Assembly: GCA_030390025.1 (NCBI GenBank)
Contig: JASTWF010000325.1
Location: 248,001-312,000, forward strand
Reading direction: 5' to 3'
DNA length: 64,000 bases
DNA from: Squalus acanthias
Lineage: Eukaryota
The notes under the pieces are model-generated. The model was not told where the DNA came from. It saw nothing but the letters and a program-made list of their open reading frames with translations, and ran no database searches. The position numbers and the translations under genes are program-made. Position 1 is the stretch's first letter; each line of letters starts with the position of its first letter. Below, in pieces: positions 45,460 through 57,900 of this stretch.

Positions 45460-48400
45460 CCCAGCCCTCCCTCAGCTGATGAATCAGTACTCCTCCATGT
45501 TGAACACCACTTGGAAGAAGCACTGAGAGTAGCAAGGGCCCAGAATGTACTCTGGGTGGGGGACTTCAATGTCCATCACCAGCTTGAGTACTGCGTGCAT
45601 TTCTGGTCACCACATTACTGGAAGGATGTGATTGCACTGGAGAGGGTGCAGAGGAGATTTACGAGGATGTTGCCAGTACTGGAAAACTTTAGCTATGAGG
45701 AAAGATTGGATAGGCTGGGGTTGTTTTCCTTGGAACAGAGGAGGCTGAGGGGAGATTTAATTGAGGTGTATAAAATTATGAGTGGCCTAGTTAGAGTGGC
45801 TAGGAAGGACTTATTTCCCTTAGTGGCGGGGTTAAGAACCAGGGGGCATAGATTTAAAGTCGTTGGTAGAAGGATTAGAAGGGAGATGAGAAAAAAAAAT
45901 TTCACCCAGAGGGTGGTGGGGGTCTGGAACTCACTGCCTGAAAGGGTGGTAGAGGCAGAAACCCTCATCGCATTTAAGAAGTACTTGGATATGCACTTGA
46001 AGTGCCGTAACCCACAGGGCCATGGACCTAGTGCTGGAAAGTGGGATTAGGCTGGATAGCTCTTTTCCGACTAGCACGGACACAATGGGCCGAATGGCCT
46101 CCTTCTGTGTCATAATTTTTCTATGATTCTAAGAGTGGCTCAGTAGCACCACTACTGACCGAGCTGGCCGAGTCCTGAAGGACATAGCTGCCAGACCGGG
46201 CCTGCGACAGGTGGAGAAAGAACCAACACGAAGGAAAAACCTACTTGACCTCGTCCTCACCAATCGACCTGTCGCAGATGCATCTGTCCATGACAGTACT
46301 GGTAGCAGTGACCACTGCACAGTCATTGCGGAGACGAAGTCCCGTCTTCACACTGAGGACACCCTCCATCGTGTTGTGTGGCACTACCACCGTGCTAAAT
46401 GGGATAGATTCAGAACAGATCTAGCAGCTCAAAACTGAGCATCCATGAGGTGCTGTGGGCCATCAGCAGCAGCAGAATTGTATTCCACCACAATCTGTAA
46501 CCACATGGTCCGGCATGTCCCTCACTCTACCATTACCATCAAGCCAGGGGACCAACCCTGGTTCAATGAGGAGTGTAGAAGAGCATGCCAGGAGCAGCAC
46601 CAGGCGTACCTAAAAATGAGGTGCCAACCTGGGGAAGCTGCAGCACAGGACTACATGCTCGCTAAAAAGCGAAAGCAGCATGTTATAGACAGGGCTAAGC
46701 GATCCCACAATCAACGGATCAGATCAAAGCTCTGCAGTCCTGCGTCATCCAGTCGTGAATGGTGGTGGACCATTAAACAACTAACGGAAGGAAGAGGCTC
46801 CATGAATATCCCCATCCTCAATGATGGTGGAGCCCAGCACGTGAGTGCAAAAGACAAGGCTGAAGCATTTGCAACCATCTTCAGCCAGAAGTGCCGAGTG
46901 GATGATCCATATCGGCCTCCTCCTGAGGTCCCCACCATCACAGAAGCCAGTCTTCAGCCAATTCGATTCACTCCACGTGATATCATGAAACGGCTGAGCG
47001 CACTGGATACAGCAAAGGTTACGGGCCCCGACCACATCCTGGCTGTCATGCTGAAGACTTGTGTTCCAGAACTAGCCGCACCTCTAGCCAAGCTGTTCCA
47101 GTACAGTTACAACACTGGCATCTATCCGACAATGTGGAAAACTGCCCAGGTATGTCCTGTCCGCAAAAAGCAGGACAAATCCAATCCGGCCAATTACCGC
47201 CCCATCAGTCTACTCTCAATCATCAGCAAAGTGATAGATGGTGTCGTCGACAGTGCTATCAAGCAGCACTTACTCACCAATAACCTGCTCACCGATGCTC
47301 AGTTTGGGTTCCACCAGGACCACTCGGCTCCAGACCTCATTACAGCCTTGGTCCAAACATGAACAAAAGAGCTGAATTTCAGAGGTGAGGTGAGACTGCC
47401 TTGACATCAAGGCAGCATTTGACCGAGTGCGGCATCGAGCAGCCCTAGTAAAATTGAAGTCAATGGGAATCAGGGGGAAAACTCTCCACTGGCTGCAGTC
47501 ATACCTAGCACAAAGGAAGATGGTTGTGGTTGTTGGAGGTCAAATATCTCAGCCCAAGGACATCGCTGCAGGAGTTCCTCAGGGCAGTGTCCTCGGCCCA
47601 ACCATCTTCAGTTGCTTCATCAATGACCTTCCCTCCATCATAAGGTCAGAATTGGGGATGTTCGCTGATGATTGCACAGTGTTCAGTGCCATTCACAACT
47701 CCTCAGATAATGAAGCAGTCCATGCCCGCATGCAGCAAGACCTGGATGACATTCAGGCTTGGACTGATAAGTGGCAAAGTAACATTCCTGCCACTCAAGT
47801 GCCAGGCAATGACTATCTCCAACAAGGGAGAGTCTAACCACCTCCCCTTGACATTCAACAGAATTACCATCATCGAATCCCCCACCATCAACATCCTGGG
47901 GGGTCACCATTGACCAGAAACTTAACCGGACCAGCCACACAAATACTGTGGTTACAAGAGCAGGTCAGAGGCTGGGTATTCTGCGGCGAGTGTCTCACCT
48001 CCTGACTCCACAAAGCTTTTCCAGGCACAAGTCAGGAGTGTGATGGAAAACTCTCCACTTGCCTGGATGAGTGCAGCTCTGACAACACTCAAGAAGCTCG
48101 ACACCATCCAGGATAAAGCAGCTCGCTTGATTGGCACCCCATCCACCACCTTAAACATTCACTCCCTCCACCACCGGCGTACCGTGGCTGCAGTGTGTAC
48201 CATCTACAAGATGCACTGCAGCAACTCGCCAAGGCTTCTTCAACAGCACCTCCCAAACCCGCAACCTCTACAAGGGCAAGGACAAGGGCAGGAGGTGCAT
48301 GGGAACACCACCACCTCCAAGTTCCCCTCCAAGTCACAGACCATCCTGACTTGGAAATATATCGCTGATCCTTCATCGTCGCTGGGTCGAAATCCTGGAA

Positions 48401-48558
48401 CTCCCTCCCTAACAGCACTGTGGGAGTACCTTCACCACGCGGACTGAAGCGGTTCAAGAAGTCGGCTCACCACCACCTTCTCAAGGGCAATTAGGGATGG
48501 GCAATAAATGCTGGGCCTTGCCAGTGATGCCCACATCCCAGGAACGAACTTAAAAAAA
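45460..48558 (+). mobile_element. CR1/L2-group LINE, degenerate ORF2 (APE C-terminus plus RT) with A-rich 3' end
   Basis: VGDFNVHH, NLLDLVLTN, SDHCTV, PWFN, NYRPISLLS, QFGF, GVPQGSVLGP, FADD; stops and frameshifts present. Confidence 0.9.
45582..46130 (+). mobile_element. Nested CR1 3' fragment inserted into the LINE endonuclease region
   Basis: LEYCVHFWSP..LERVQRRFTRM..RLRGDLIEVYK..WNSLP. The host frame GDFNVHHQ|EWLSS resumes at 46131. Confidence 0.88.
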
Positions 48559-48579
48559 CTGACTTTTGTGTCTTTGCAG

Positions 48580-48669
48580 GAAACTGACGTGGAGAAGCTG
48601 TTTAAAATCGCGAGCGAGCTTCTGCAAACGGAGGAGGCCTATGTCAACAGGCTGCACCTCCTGGATCAG
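48580..48669 (+). CDS. FGD2: FGD2-like exon, start of the DH (RhoGEF) domain, [30 protein letters not shown]
   Basis: TTTGCAG acceptor, CAG|GTGAGT donor, 90 nt, DH CR1 motif ELL.TE..YV.RL. Confidence 0.88.
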
Positions 48670-48714
48670 GTGAGTACCACCGCAACACTTGCAGCTGATG
48701 CAGCACTCCCATTG

Positions 48715-49300
48715 GACTGGTCCCAGTACATTCCCAGCAGCCCGTGATTACTCCAGCATTGGTCCCAGCGTAATCCCAGCCGCTCCCTGATTACTCCAGC
48801 ACTGGTCCCAGCACATTCCCAGCAGCTCCGTGATTACTCCAGCACTGTTCCCAGTACATTCCCAGCAGCCCGTGATTACTCCAGCATTGATCCCAGCGTA
48901 ATCCCAGCCGCTCCCTGATTACTCCAGCACTGGTCCCAGCACATTCCCAGCAGCTCTGCGATTGCTTCAGCACTGGTCCCTGCACATTCCCAGCAGCTCC
49001 GTGATTACTCCAGCACTGGTCCCTGCATGTTCCCAGCAGCTCCGTGATTACTCCAGCACTGGTCCCTGCATGTTCCCAGCAGCTCCGTGATTACTCCAGC
49101 ACTGGTCCCTGCATGTTCCCAGCAGCTCCGTGATTACTCCAGCACTGGTCCCTGTATGTTCCCAGCAGCTCCGTGATTACTCCAGCACTGGTCCCAGCGC
49201 AATCCCAGCATCTCTGTATTTGAGTGAGGATTAATCTCATCACACTACCAGCAGCTCTGTGATTACACCAGCACTAGTCCCAGCACACTCCCAGCAGCTC
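48715..49300. repeat. Minisatellite, unit about 43 bp
   Basis: CCGTGATTACTCCAGCACTGGTCCCTGCATGTTCCCAGCAGCT repeated. Confidence 0.9.
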
Positions 49301-49576
49301 AGTGATGTCTCAGTGAGTTTCAGCCCTAGCAAGATGAATCTCTCACCCTCTACATCCCTGCCCGCACCTGTGCTCAGCTCCCCTATAGCTGGTCTCAGTA
49401 TCTGTTCTCCTTTGTGAAGCTCTGGACATTCACTCCTTTAAAGTAGAGTCACAAGTGGTGGAGTCTGCAAGAAGCCCTCTTTATTTGCACTCTCAGTTCC
49501 TCTCCCTCCTTGCCAGTGATGTACGTCCGATCTCCTCTGTCTGATGGTACCTGCATCGTACTCTCTTCTGCTGCAG

Positions 49577-49725
49577 GTTTTCTATGTGGAGCTGATGAAA
49601 GAAGCTAACGGTGGGAGTTCATTCTCCGAAGACGCAGTGAAGCAGATCTTTTCCAACATTCCCTCCATTTACCTCTTCCACAAGCAGTTCTTCCTCCCCG
49701 AGCTGCAGCAACGCATGCAGGAATG
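49577..49725 (+). CDS. FGD2: FGD2-like DH exon [37 protein letters not shown]
   Basis: CTGCAG acceptor, TG|GTAAG donor, 149 nt. IFSNI.SI..FH..F.LPEL is an FGD1-4 signature, and QFFLPELQ favours FGD2. Confidence 0.9.
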
Positions 49726-50019
49726 GTAAGGGCTGGTGTCTATTGTGTCTGCTGGTGTGTACTGGTCTGTACTGGTGTGCGCAGGTGTGGGCTGGTGTGC
49801 ACTAGTTTGTGCTGGTGTGTACTACTGTGTACTGGTGTGTACTGGTGCGTGGTGTGGACTGCTGTGTATTACTGTGGACTGGTGAGGGCAGTGTGTGCTG
49901 GTGTGTACTAGTGTGAACTGCTATGGGTTGGAGTGGGATGGTGTGTATGCTGGTGTGAGCTTGTGTGTACTGGTGTGTGTTAGTGTGTGTTGGTATGGGC
50001 TCTGTTCAGTGATCTATTC

Positions 50020-50635
50020 AGGAATTGGAGCAGATTCCTGGATAATGGAGATTAGAACTGGAGCAGATTCCTGGATATTGGAGATTAGAACTGGAGCAGA
50101 TTCCTGGATATTGGAGATTAGAATTGGAGCAGATTCCTGGATAATGGAGATTAGAACTGGAGCAGATTCCTGGATAATGGGGTCTGGAATTGGAGCAGAT
50201 TCCTGGATAATGGAGATTAGAACTGGAGCAGATTCCTGGATAATGGGGACTGGAATTGGAGCAGATTCCTGGATAATGGAGATTAGAATTGGAGCAGATT
50301 CCTGGATAATGGAGTTTAGAATTGGAGCGGATTCCTGGATAATGGAGATTAGAACTGGAGCAGATTCCTGGATATTGGAGATTAGAATTGGAGCAGATTC
50401 CTGGATAATGGGGACTGGAATTGGAGCAGATTCCTGGATAATAGAGATTAGAACTGGAGCAGATTCCTGGATAATGGGGACTGGAACTGGAGCAGATTCC
50501 TGGATAATGGGGACTGGAATTGGAGCAGATTCCTGGATAATGGGGACTGGAATTGGAGCAGATTCCTGGATAATGGGGACTGGAATTGGAGCAGATTCCT
50601 GGATAATAGGGACTGGAATTGGAGCAGATTCCTGG
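50020..50635. repeat. Minisatellite, 33-bp unit (GGAGCAGATTCCTGGATAATGGAGATTAGAACT)
   Basis: Tandem repetition; ORF 49895-50728 is its translation. Confidence 0.95.
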
Positions 50636-50971
50636 GAACTCTGTTCACTATCTGAGAGTTATCGGTTTTATAGATTTGACACATTATTGTCAATCCATGG
50701 AAGGGATTGGACAGTATGTTGTCTATGAAAGCAATGTGCCTCTTTCAAAATGAGGAGACGCTGTGACAAGGAGTTGCCTGCATTTGACTTAGTTTTCAGA
50801 GCAGGGAGATGCGCACTACGCCTCATGTCTCTGGTGAGTAGCGTTGCCTGGGTTACGGGTCAGTAAATGTCACTGTTCCCAGGGATCCTTCAGATAGTAG
50901 AGGATGAGAGTTAAGTCCCCCACCTTGGGACATTGACACCTGACAATCTGCTGTGGGCTGTTTCGTTTCAG

Positions 50972-51128
50972 GAATGTTAATCCCAGGATCGGTGATGTGT
51001 TGCACAAACTTGCCCCATTCCTCAAGATGTATGGGGAATACGTGAAACATTTTGACAAAGCCATGGACCTACTGGACACCTTGTTACAGAAGTGCCAGCC
51101 CTTCCGCGACATTATTCAACACATCCAG
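50972..51128 (+). CDS. FGD2: FGD2-like DH exon NVNPRIGDVLHKLAPFLKMYGEYVKHFDKAM..IIQHIQ
   Basis: TTTCAG acceptor, CAG|GTATG donor, 157 nt. PRIGD..KLAPFLKMY.EYVK.F is conserved in FGD1-4. Confidence 0.92.
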
Positions 51129-51435
51129 GTATGGTATGCAGGCCTGTACTCTCACTGCGAGTCATAGCTGGAGACAACAGGCCAGGATGGAGAGGAGAGA
51201 GAATGGGGCTCTTCCTGACCTACTGTACTCTGGTACTATTACTCATCAACTGGGCATCCTGGGGGGTAGCAGGTGGTTTTACACTAATACAGTGTGAGCG
51301 ACTGAGCCTATAATTACTGGGTAACTGATTGGGTGAGTGTAGATAACTAGAGCACCATGGTGTGCAGTCCTTGTGTTATCTGATCACTAGAGGTTCAAAG
51401 TGTGCAGTCCCTCCCCCCTCCCTCCACCGCCCCCC

Positions 51436-51635
51436 NNNNNNNNNNNNNNNNNNNNNNNNNNNNNNNNNNNNNNNNNNNNNNNNNNNNNNNNNNNNNNNNN
51501 NNNNNNNNNNNNNNNNNNNNNNNNNNNNNNNNNNNNNNNNNNNNNNNNNNNNNNNNNNNNNNNNNNNNNNNNNNNNNNNNNNNNNNNNNNNNNNNNNNNN
51601 NNNNNNNNNNNNNNNNNNNNNNNNNNNNNNNNNNN
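51436..51635. other. Assembly gap (200 N)
   Basis: Run of N. Confidence 1.
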
Positions 51636-51827
51636 TAAGGTGGGGGTAAAAGACACGGTGACAAGATGGGCAAAATCTGTAAATAAGGGAACTGGCTTGT
51701 AGGATCAGGTCCCTTGCATAAGTTGGAAGATAATTCTTTTTGAAGAAGAGAGACACTAAAGTTTTGTCTGTCACTGAAATTCTTCAGTTAATGAAGTACC
51801 TCTCTTCTGAATCTGTTTTAACACAAG

Positions 51828-51886
51828 AATCACTGGAGATAATCTTTGTAGCTGCCAAGCATTCAAACGCTGCAATTGCTGAATTG
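51828..51886 (+). CDS. FGD2: FGD2-like exon at the end of the DH domain, SLEIIFVAAKHSNAAIAEL
   Basis: AG acceptor, TTG|GTGAGT donor, 59 nt. IF.AA.HSNAAI.E matches FGD2 better than FGD4. Confidence 0.8.
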
Positions 51887-51974
51887 GTGAGTACAAAAAT
51901 CCACCTGTTCAATCTGTTAATATATCAACACGACTGGTTCAGTGAGGCTATAAAATTGGCAGCTGTACTCTGTC

Positions 51975-54900
51975 CCAGTGTGTAACATTGCTCTATCTAT
52001 CTCAGTCTCGGTGTGTGTGTAACATTGCTCTATCTATCTCATTCCCAGTGTGTGTGTAACATTGCTCTATCTATCTCAGTCCCAGTGGGTGTGTAACATT
52101 GCTCTATCTATCTCAGTCTCAGTGTGGGTGTAACATTGCTCTATCTATCTCAGTCTCAGTGTGTGTGTAACATTGCTCTATCTATCTCAATCTCGGTGTG
52201 TAACATTGCTCTATCTATCTCAGTCTCAGTGTGTGTGTAACATTGCTCTATCTATCTCCGTCTCGGTGTGTAACATTGCTCTATCTCAGTCTCAGTGTGT
52301 GTGTAACATTGCTCTATCTATCTCAGTCTAGGTGTGTGTGTAACATTGCTCTATCTATCACAGTCTCAGTGTGTGTGTAACATTGCTCCATCTATCTCAG
52401 TCTCAGTGTGTGTGTAACATTGCTCTATCTATCTCATTCCCAGTGTGTGTGTAACATTGCTCTATCTATCTCAGTCTCAGTGTGTAACATTGCTCTATCT
52501 ATCTCAGTCTCAGTGTGAACATGCTCTAACTATCTCCGTCTCGGTGTGTAACATTGCTCTATCTCAGTCTCAGTGTGTGATGTAAGATGCTCCATCTATC
52601 TCAGTCTCAGTGTGGGTGTAAACATTTGCTCTAATCTATCTCAGTCTCGGTTTGTGTAACATTGCTCTCTCTATCTCAGCTCTCGGTGTGTAACATGCTC
52701 TATCTATCTCTGTCTCATTGGTTGTGTGTAACATTGCTCTATCTAATCTCAGTCTCGGTTGTGTAACATTGCTCTATCTATATCAGTCTCAGTGTGTGTG
52801 TCACATTGCTCTATCTATCTCAGTTCGGTGTGTAACATTGCTCTATCTATCTCAGTCTCGGTGTGTAACATTGCTCTATCTATCTCAGTCTCAGTGTGTG
52901 TGTCACATTGCTCTATCTATCTCAGTCTCGGATCTGTGTAACATTGCTCTATCTATCTCAGTCTCAGTGTGTGTGTAACATTGCTCTATCTATCTCAGTC
53001 TCAGTGTGTAAACATTGCTCTATCTATCTCAGTCTCGGTGTGTGTGTAACATTGCTCTATCTATCTCAGTCTCAGTGTGTGTGTAACATTGCTCTATCTA
53101 TCTCAGTCTCAGTGTTTGTAAACATTGCTCTATCTATCTCAGTCTCTCGTGTGTGTGTGTAACATTGCTTATCTATCTCAGTCTCGGTGTGTGTGTAACA
53201 TTGCTCTATCTATCCTCAGTCTCTGTGTGTGTGTAACATTGCTCTATCTATCTCAGTCTCGGTGTGTAACATTGCTCTATCTATCTCAGTCTCGAGTGTG
53301 TAACATTGCTCTATCTATCTCAGCTCATCGGTGTGTAACATTGCTCTATCTATCTCAGTCTCAGTGTGTAACATTGCTCTATCTATCTCAGTCTCAGTGT
53401 GTAACATTGCTCTATCTATCTCAGTCTTGGTGTGTGTGTGTGGAACATTGCTCTATCTATCTCAGTCTCAGTGTGGGTGTAACATTGCTCTATCTATCTC
53501 AGTCTCAGTGTGTAACATTGCTCTATCTATCTCAGTCTCAGTGTGTGTAACATTGCTCTATCTATCTCAGTTCAGTGTGTAACATTGCTCTATCTATCTC
53601 AGTCTCGGTGTGTAACATTGCTCTATCTATCTCAGTCTCAGTGTGTGTGTAACATTGCTCTATCTATCTCAGTCTCAGTGTGTGTGTGACATTGCTCTAT
53701 CTATCTCAGTCTCGGTGTGTGTCACATTGCTCTATCTATCTCGTCTCGGTGTGTAACATTGCTCTATCTATCTCAGTCTCAGGTGGGTGTAACATTGCTC
53801 TATCTATCTCAGTCTCAGTGTGTAACATTGCTCTATCTATCTCAGTCTCAGTGTGTAACATTGCCTTATCTATCTCCGTCTCGGGTGTGTAACATTGCTC
53901 CTACCTCAGTCTCAGTGGGTGTGTGTAACATTGCTCTATCTATCTCAGTCTCGGTGTGTGTGCAACATTGCTCTATCTATCTCAGTCTCGGTGTGTGTGT
54001 AACATTGTTTTTTTTCCCATCTACTCAGTCTCAGTGTGTGTGTAACATTGCTCTATCTATCTCAGTCTCGGTGTGTAACATGCTCTATCTATCTCAGTCT
54101 CGGTGTGTGTGTAACATTGCTCTATCTATCTCAGTCTCGGTGTGGTAACATTGCTCTATCTATCTCAGTCTCGGTGTGTGTAACATTGCTCTATCTATCT
54201 CAGTCTCGGTGTGTAACATTGCTCTATCTATCTCAGTCTCAGTAGTGTTAATATTGCTCTATCTATCTCGTCTCGGTGTGAAACCTTGCTATATACTCAG
54301 TCTCAGTGTGTGTGTAACATTGCTCTATCTATCTCAGTCTCAGTGTGTGTGTAACATTGCTCTATCTATCTCAGTCTCGGTGTGTAACATTGCTCTATCT
54401 ATCTCAGTCTCAGTGTGTGTGTAACATTGCTCTATCTATCTCAGTCTCGGTGTGTAACATTGCTCTATCTATCTCAGTCTCGGTGTGTGTGTAACATTGC
54501 TCTATCTATCTCAGTCTCAGTGTATGTGTAACATTGCTCTATCTATCTCAGTCTCAGTGTGTGTGTAACATTGCTCTATCTATCTCAGTCTCAGTGTGTA
54601 ACATTGCTCTATCTATCTCAGTCTCGGTGTGTAACATTGCTCTATCTATCTCAGTCTCAGTGTGTAACATTGCTCTATCTATCTCAGTCTCAGTGTGTAA
54701 CATTGCTCTATCTATCTCAGTCTCAGTGTGTAACATTGCTCTATCTATCTCAGTCTTGGTGTGTGTGTGTGGAACATTGCTCTATCTATCTCAGTCCCAG
54801 TGTGTGTGTAACATTGCTCTATCTATCTCAGTCTCAGTGGGTGTGTCACATTGCTCTATCTACCTCAGTCTCAGTGTGGTGTGTAAACATTGCTCTATCT

Positions 54901-57900
54901 AACTCAGTCTCAGTGGGTGTGTAACATTGCTCTATCTATCTCAGTCTCAGTGCGGTGTGTACAATTGCTTTATCTATCTCAGTCTCGGTTGTGTGTGCTA
55001 CACTTGCTCTATCTATCTCAGTCTCGGTTTGATGTAACATTGCTCTATCTATCTCCAGTCTCGGTGGTGTAACATTAGCTCTATCTATCTCAGTCTCATG
55101 TGTTGTAACATTGCTCAATCTATCTCAGTCTCAGTGTGTATACATTGCTCTATCTATCTCAGTCTCAGTGTGTAACATTGCTCTATCTATCTCAGTCTTG
55201 GTGTGCTGTGTGTGAACATTGTCTATCTATCTCAGTCCCAGTGTGTGTGTAACATTGCTCCTATCTATCTCAGTCCTCAGTGGGTGTGTGTAACATTGCT
55301 CTATCTACTCAGTCTCAGGTGTGGTGTAACATTGCTCTATCTACCTCAGTCTCAGTGTGTGTGTAACATTGCTCTATCTATCTCAGTCTCAGTGTGTAAC
55401 ATTGCTCTATCTATCTCAGTCGCAGTGTGTGTGTAACATTGCTCTATCTATCTCAGTCTCGGTGTGTGTGTAACATTGCTCTATCTGTCTCAGTCTCAGT
55501 GTGTGTGTAACATTGCTCTATCTATCTCAGTCTCGGTGTGTGTGTAACATTGCTCTATCTGTCTCAGTCTCAGCGTGTGTGTAACATTGCTCTATCTGTC
55601 TCAGTCTCAGTGTGTGTGTAACATTGCTCTATCTATCTCAGTCTCAGTGTGTGTGTAACATTGCTCTATCTATCTCAGTCTCGGTGTGTGTGTGTAACAT
55701 TGCTCTATCTATCTCAGTCTCAGTGTGTGTGTAACATTGCTCTATCTATCTCAGTCTCAGTGTGTGTGTAACATTGCTCTATCTATCTCAGTCTCGGTGT
55801 GTAACATTGCTCTATCTATCTTAATCTCAGGTGTGTAACATCTGCCCCTCTATCTATCTCAGTCTCAGTGTGTAGCATTGCCTCTATCTATCTCCAGTCT
55901 CAGTGTGTAACATTGCTCTATCTATCTCGTCTCAGTGTGTAGCAATTGCTCTATCTATCTCAGTCTCAGTGTGTGTGCTATCATTGCTCTATCTATCTCA
56001 GTCTCGGGGTGTGTGTAACATTGCCTCTATCTATCTTCCAGTGTGAGTGTCAAACATTGCTCTATCTATCTCAGTCTCAGTGTGTGTGCTAACATTGCCT
56101 CCTATCTATCTCAGTCTCAGGGGGTGTGTGTGACATTGCCTCTATCTATCTCAGTCTCGGTGTGTGTAACATTGCTCTATCTATCTCAGTCTCAGTGTGT
56201 AACATTGCCTCTATCTATCTCAGTCTCAGTGTGTAACATTGCTCTATCTATCCTCCGTCTCGGTGTGTAACAATGCTCTATCTCAGTCTCAGTGTGTGTG
56301 TAACATTGCTCTATCTATCTCAGTCTCAGTGTGTAACATTGCTCTATCTATCTCAGTCTCAGTGTGTAACATTGCTCTATCTATCTCCGTCTCGGTGTGT
56401 AACATTGCTCTATCTCAGTCTCAGTGTGTGTGTAACATTGCTCTATCTATCTCAGTCTCAGTGTGTGTGTAACATTGCTCCATCTATCTCAGTCTCAGTG
56501 TGTGTGTAACATTGCTCTATCTATCTCAGTCTCGGTGTGTAACATTGCTCTATCTATCTCAGTCTCGGTGTGTAACATTGCTCTATCTATCTCAGTCTCG
56601 GTGTGTAACATTGCTCTATCTATCTCAGTCTCAGTGTGTAACATTGCTCTATCTATCTCAGTCTCAGTGTGTGTGTAACATTGCTCTATCTATCTCAGTC
56701 TCGGTGTGTAACATTGCTCTATCTATCTCAGTCTCGGTGTGTGTGTAACATTGCTCTATCTATCTCAGTCTCTGTGTGTGTGTCACATTGCTCTATCTAT
56801 CTCAGTCTCGGTGTGTAACATTGCTCTATCTATCTCAGTCTCGGTGTGTAACATTGCTCTATCTGATCGACTCAGTCTCAGTGTGTAACAATTGACTCTA
56901 ATCTGTCTCAGTCTCAGTGAGGTAACATTGCTCTATCTATCTCAGTCTCAGTGTGTAAACATTGCTCTATCTATCTCAGTCTTGGTGTGTGTGTGTGGAA
57001 CATTGCTCTCTCTATCTCAGTCTCAGTGTGGGTGTAACATTGCTCTATCTATCTCAGTCTCGCGGTGTGGGGTGTAACATTGCTCTATTATCTCAGTTCA
57101 GTGTGTGTGTCACCATTGCTCTATCTATCTCAGTCTCAGTGTGTGTGTCACATTGCTCTATCTAATCAGCCTCGTGTGTGTGTAACATTGCTCTATCTAT
57201 CTCAGTCCTCGGAGTGTGTGTGTCACATTGCTCCTATCTATCTCAGTCTCGGTGTGTAACATTGCTCTATCTATCTCGTCTCGTGTGTGTGTCACATTGC
57301 TCTATCTATCTCAGTCTATGTGTGTGTGTAACATTGCTCTATCTATCTCTGTCCTCAGTGTGTGTGTCACATTGCTCCTATCTATCTCAGTCTCAGTGTG
57401 TGTAACAGTGCTCTATCAGTATCTCAGTCTCGGTGTGTGTGTAACATTGCTCTATCTATCTCAGTCTCTCTGTGTGGTAACATTGCTCTATCTATCTCCT
57501 CGTCTCGGTTGTGTAACATTGCTCTATCTATCTCAGTCTCGGTGTGTAACATTGCTCTATCTATCTCAGTCTCAGGTGTGTAACATTGCTCTATCTATCT
57601 CAGTCTTGCGTGTGTGTGTTGTGGAACCATGCTCTATCTATCTCAGTCTCAGTGTGTGTGCAAACATTGCTCTATCTATCTCAGTCTCAGTGTGGGTGTG
57701 TAACATTGCTCTATCTTCTCAGTCTCAGTGTGTGAGTAACATTGCTCTATCTATCTCAGTCTCAGAGTGTGTGTAACATTGCTCTATCTATCTCAGTCTC
57801 AGTGTGTGTGTCACAGTGCTCTATCGCCTATCTATCTCAGTCTCGTGTGAGTGTAACATTGCCCTCTATCTATCTCAGTCTCGGTGTGTGTGTAACATTG

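Noticed and set aside
49895..50728. 277-aa GADSWIMEIRT-repeat ORF
   Set aside because: Intronic 33-bp minisatellite between FGD exons; the frame stays open because the unit is a multiple of 3.
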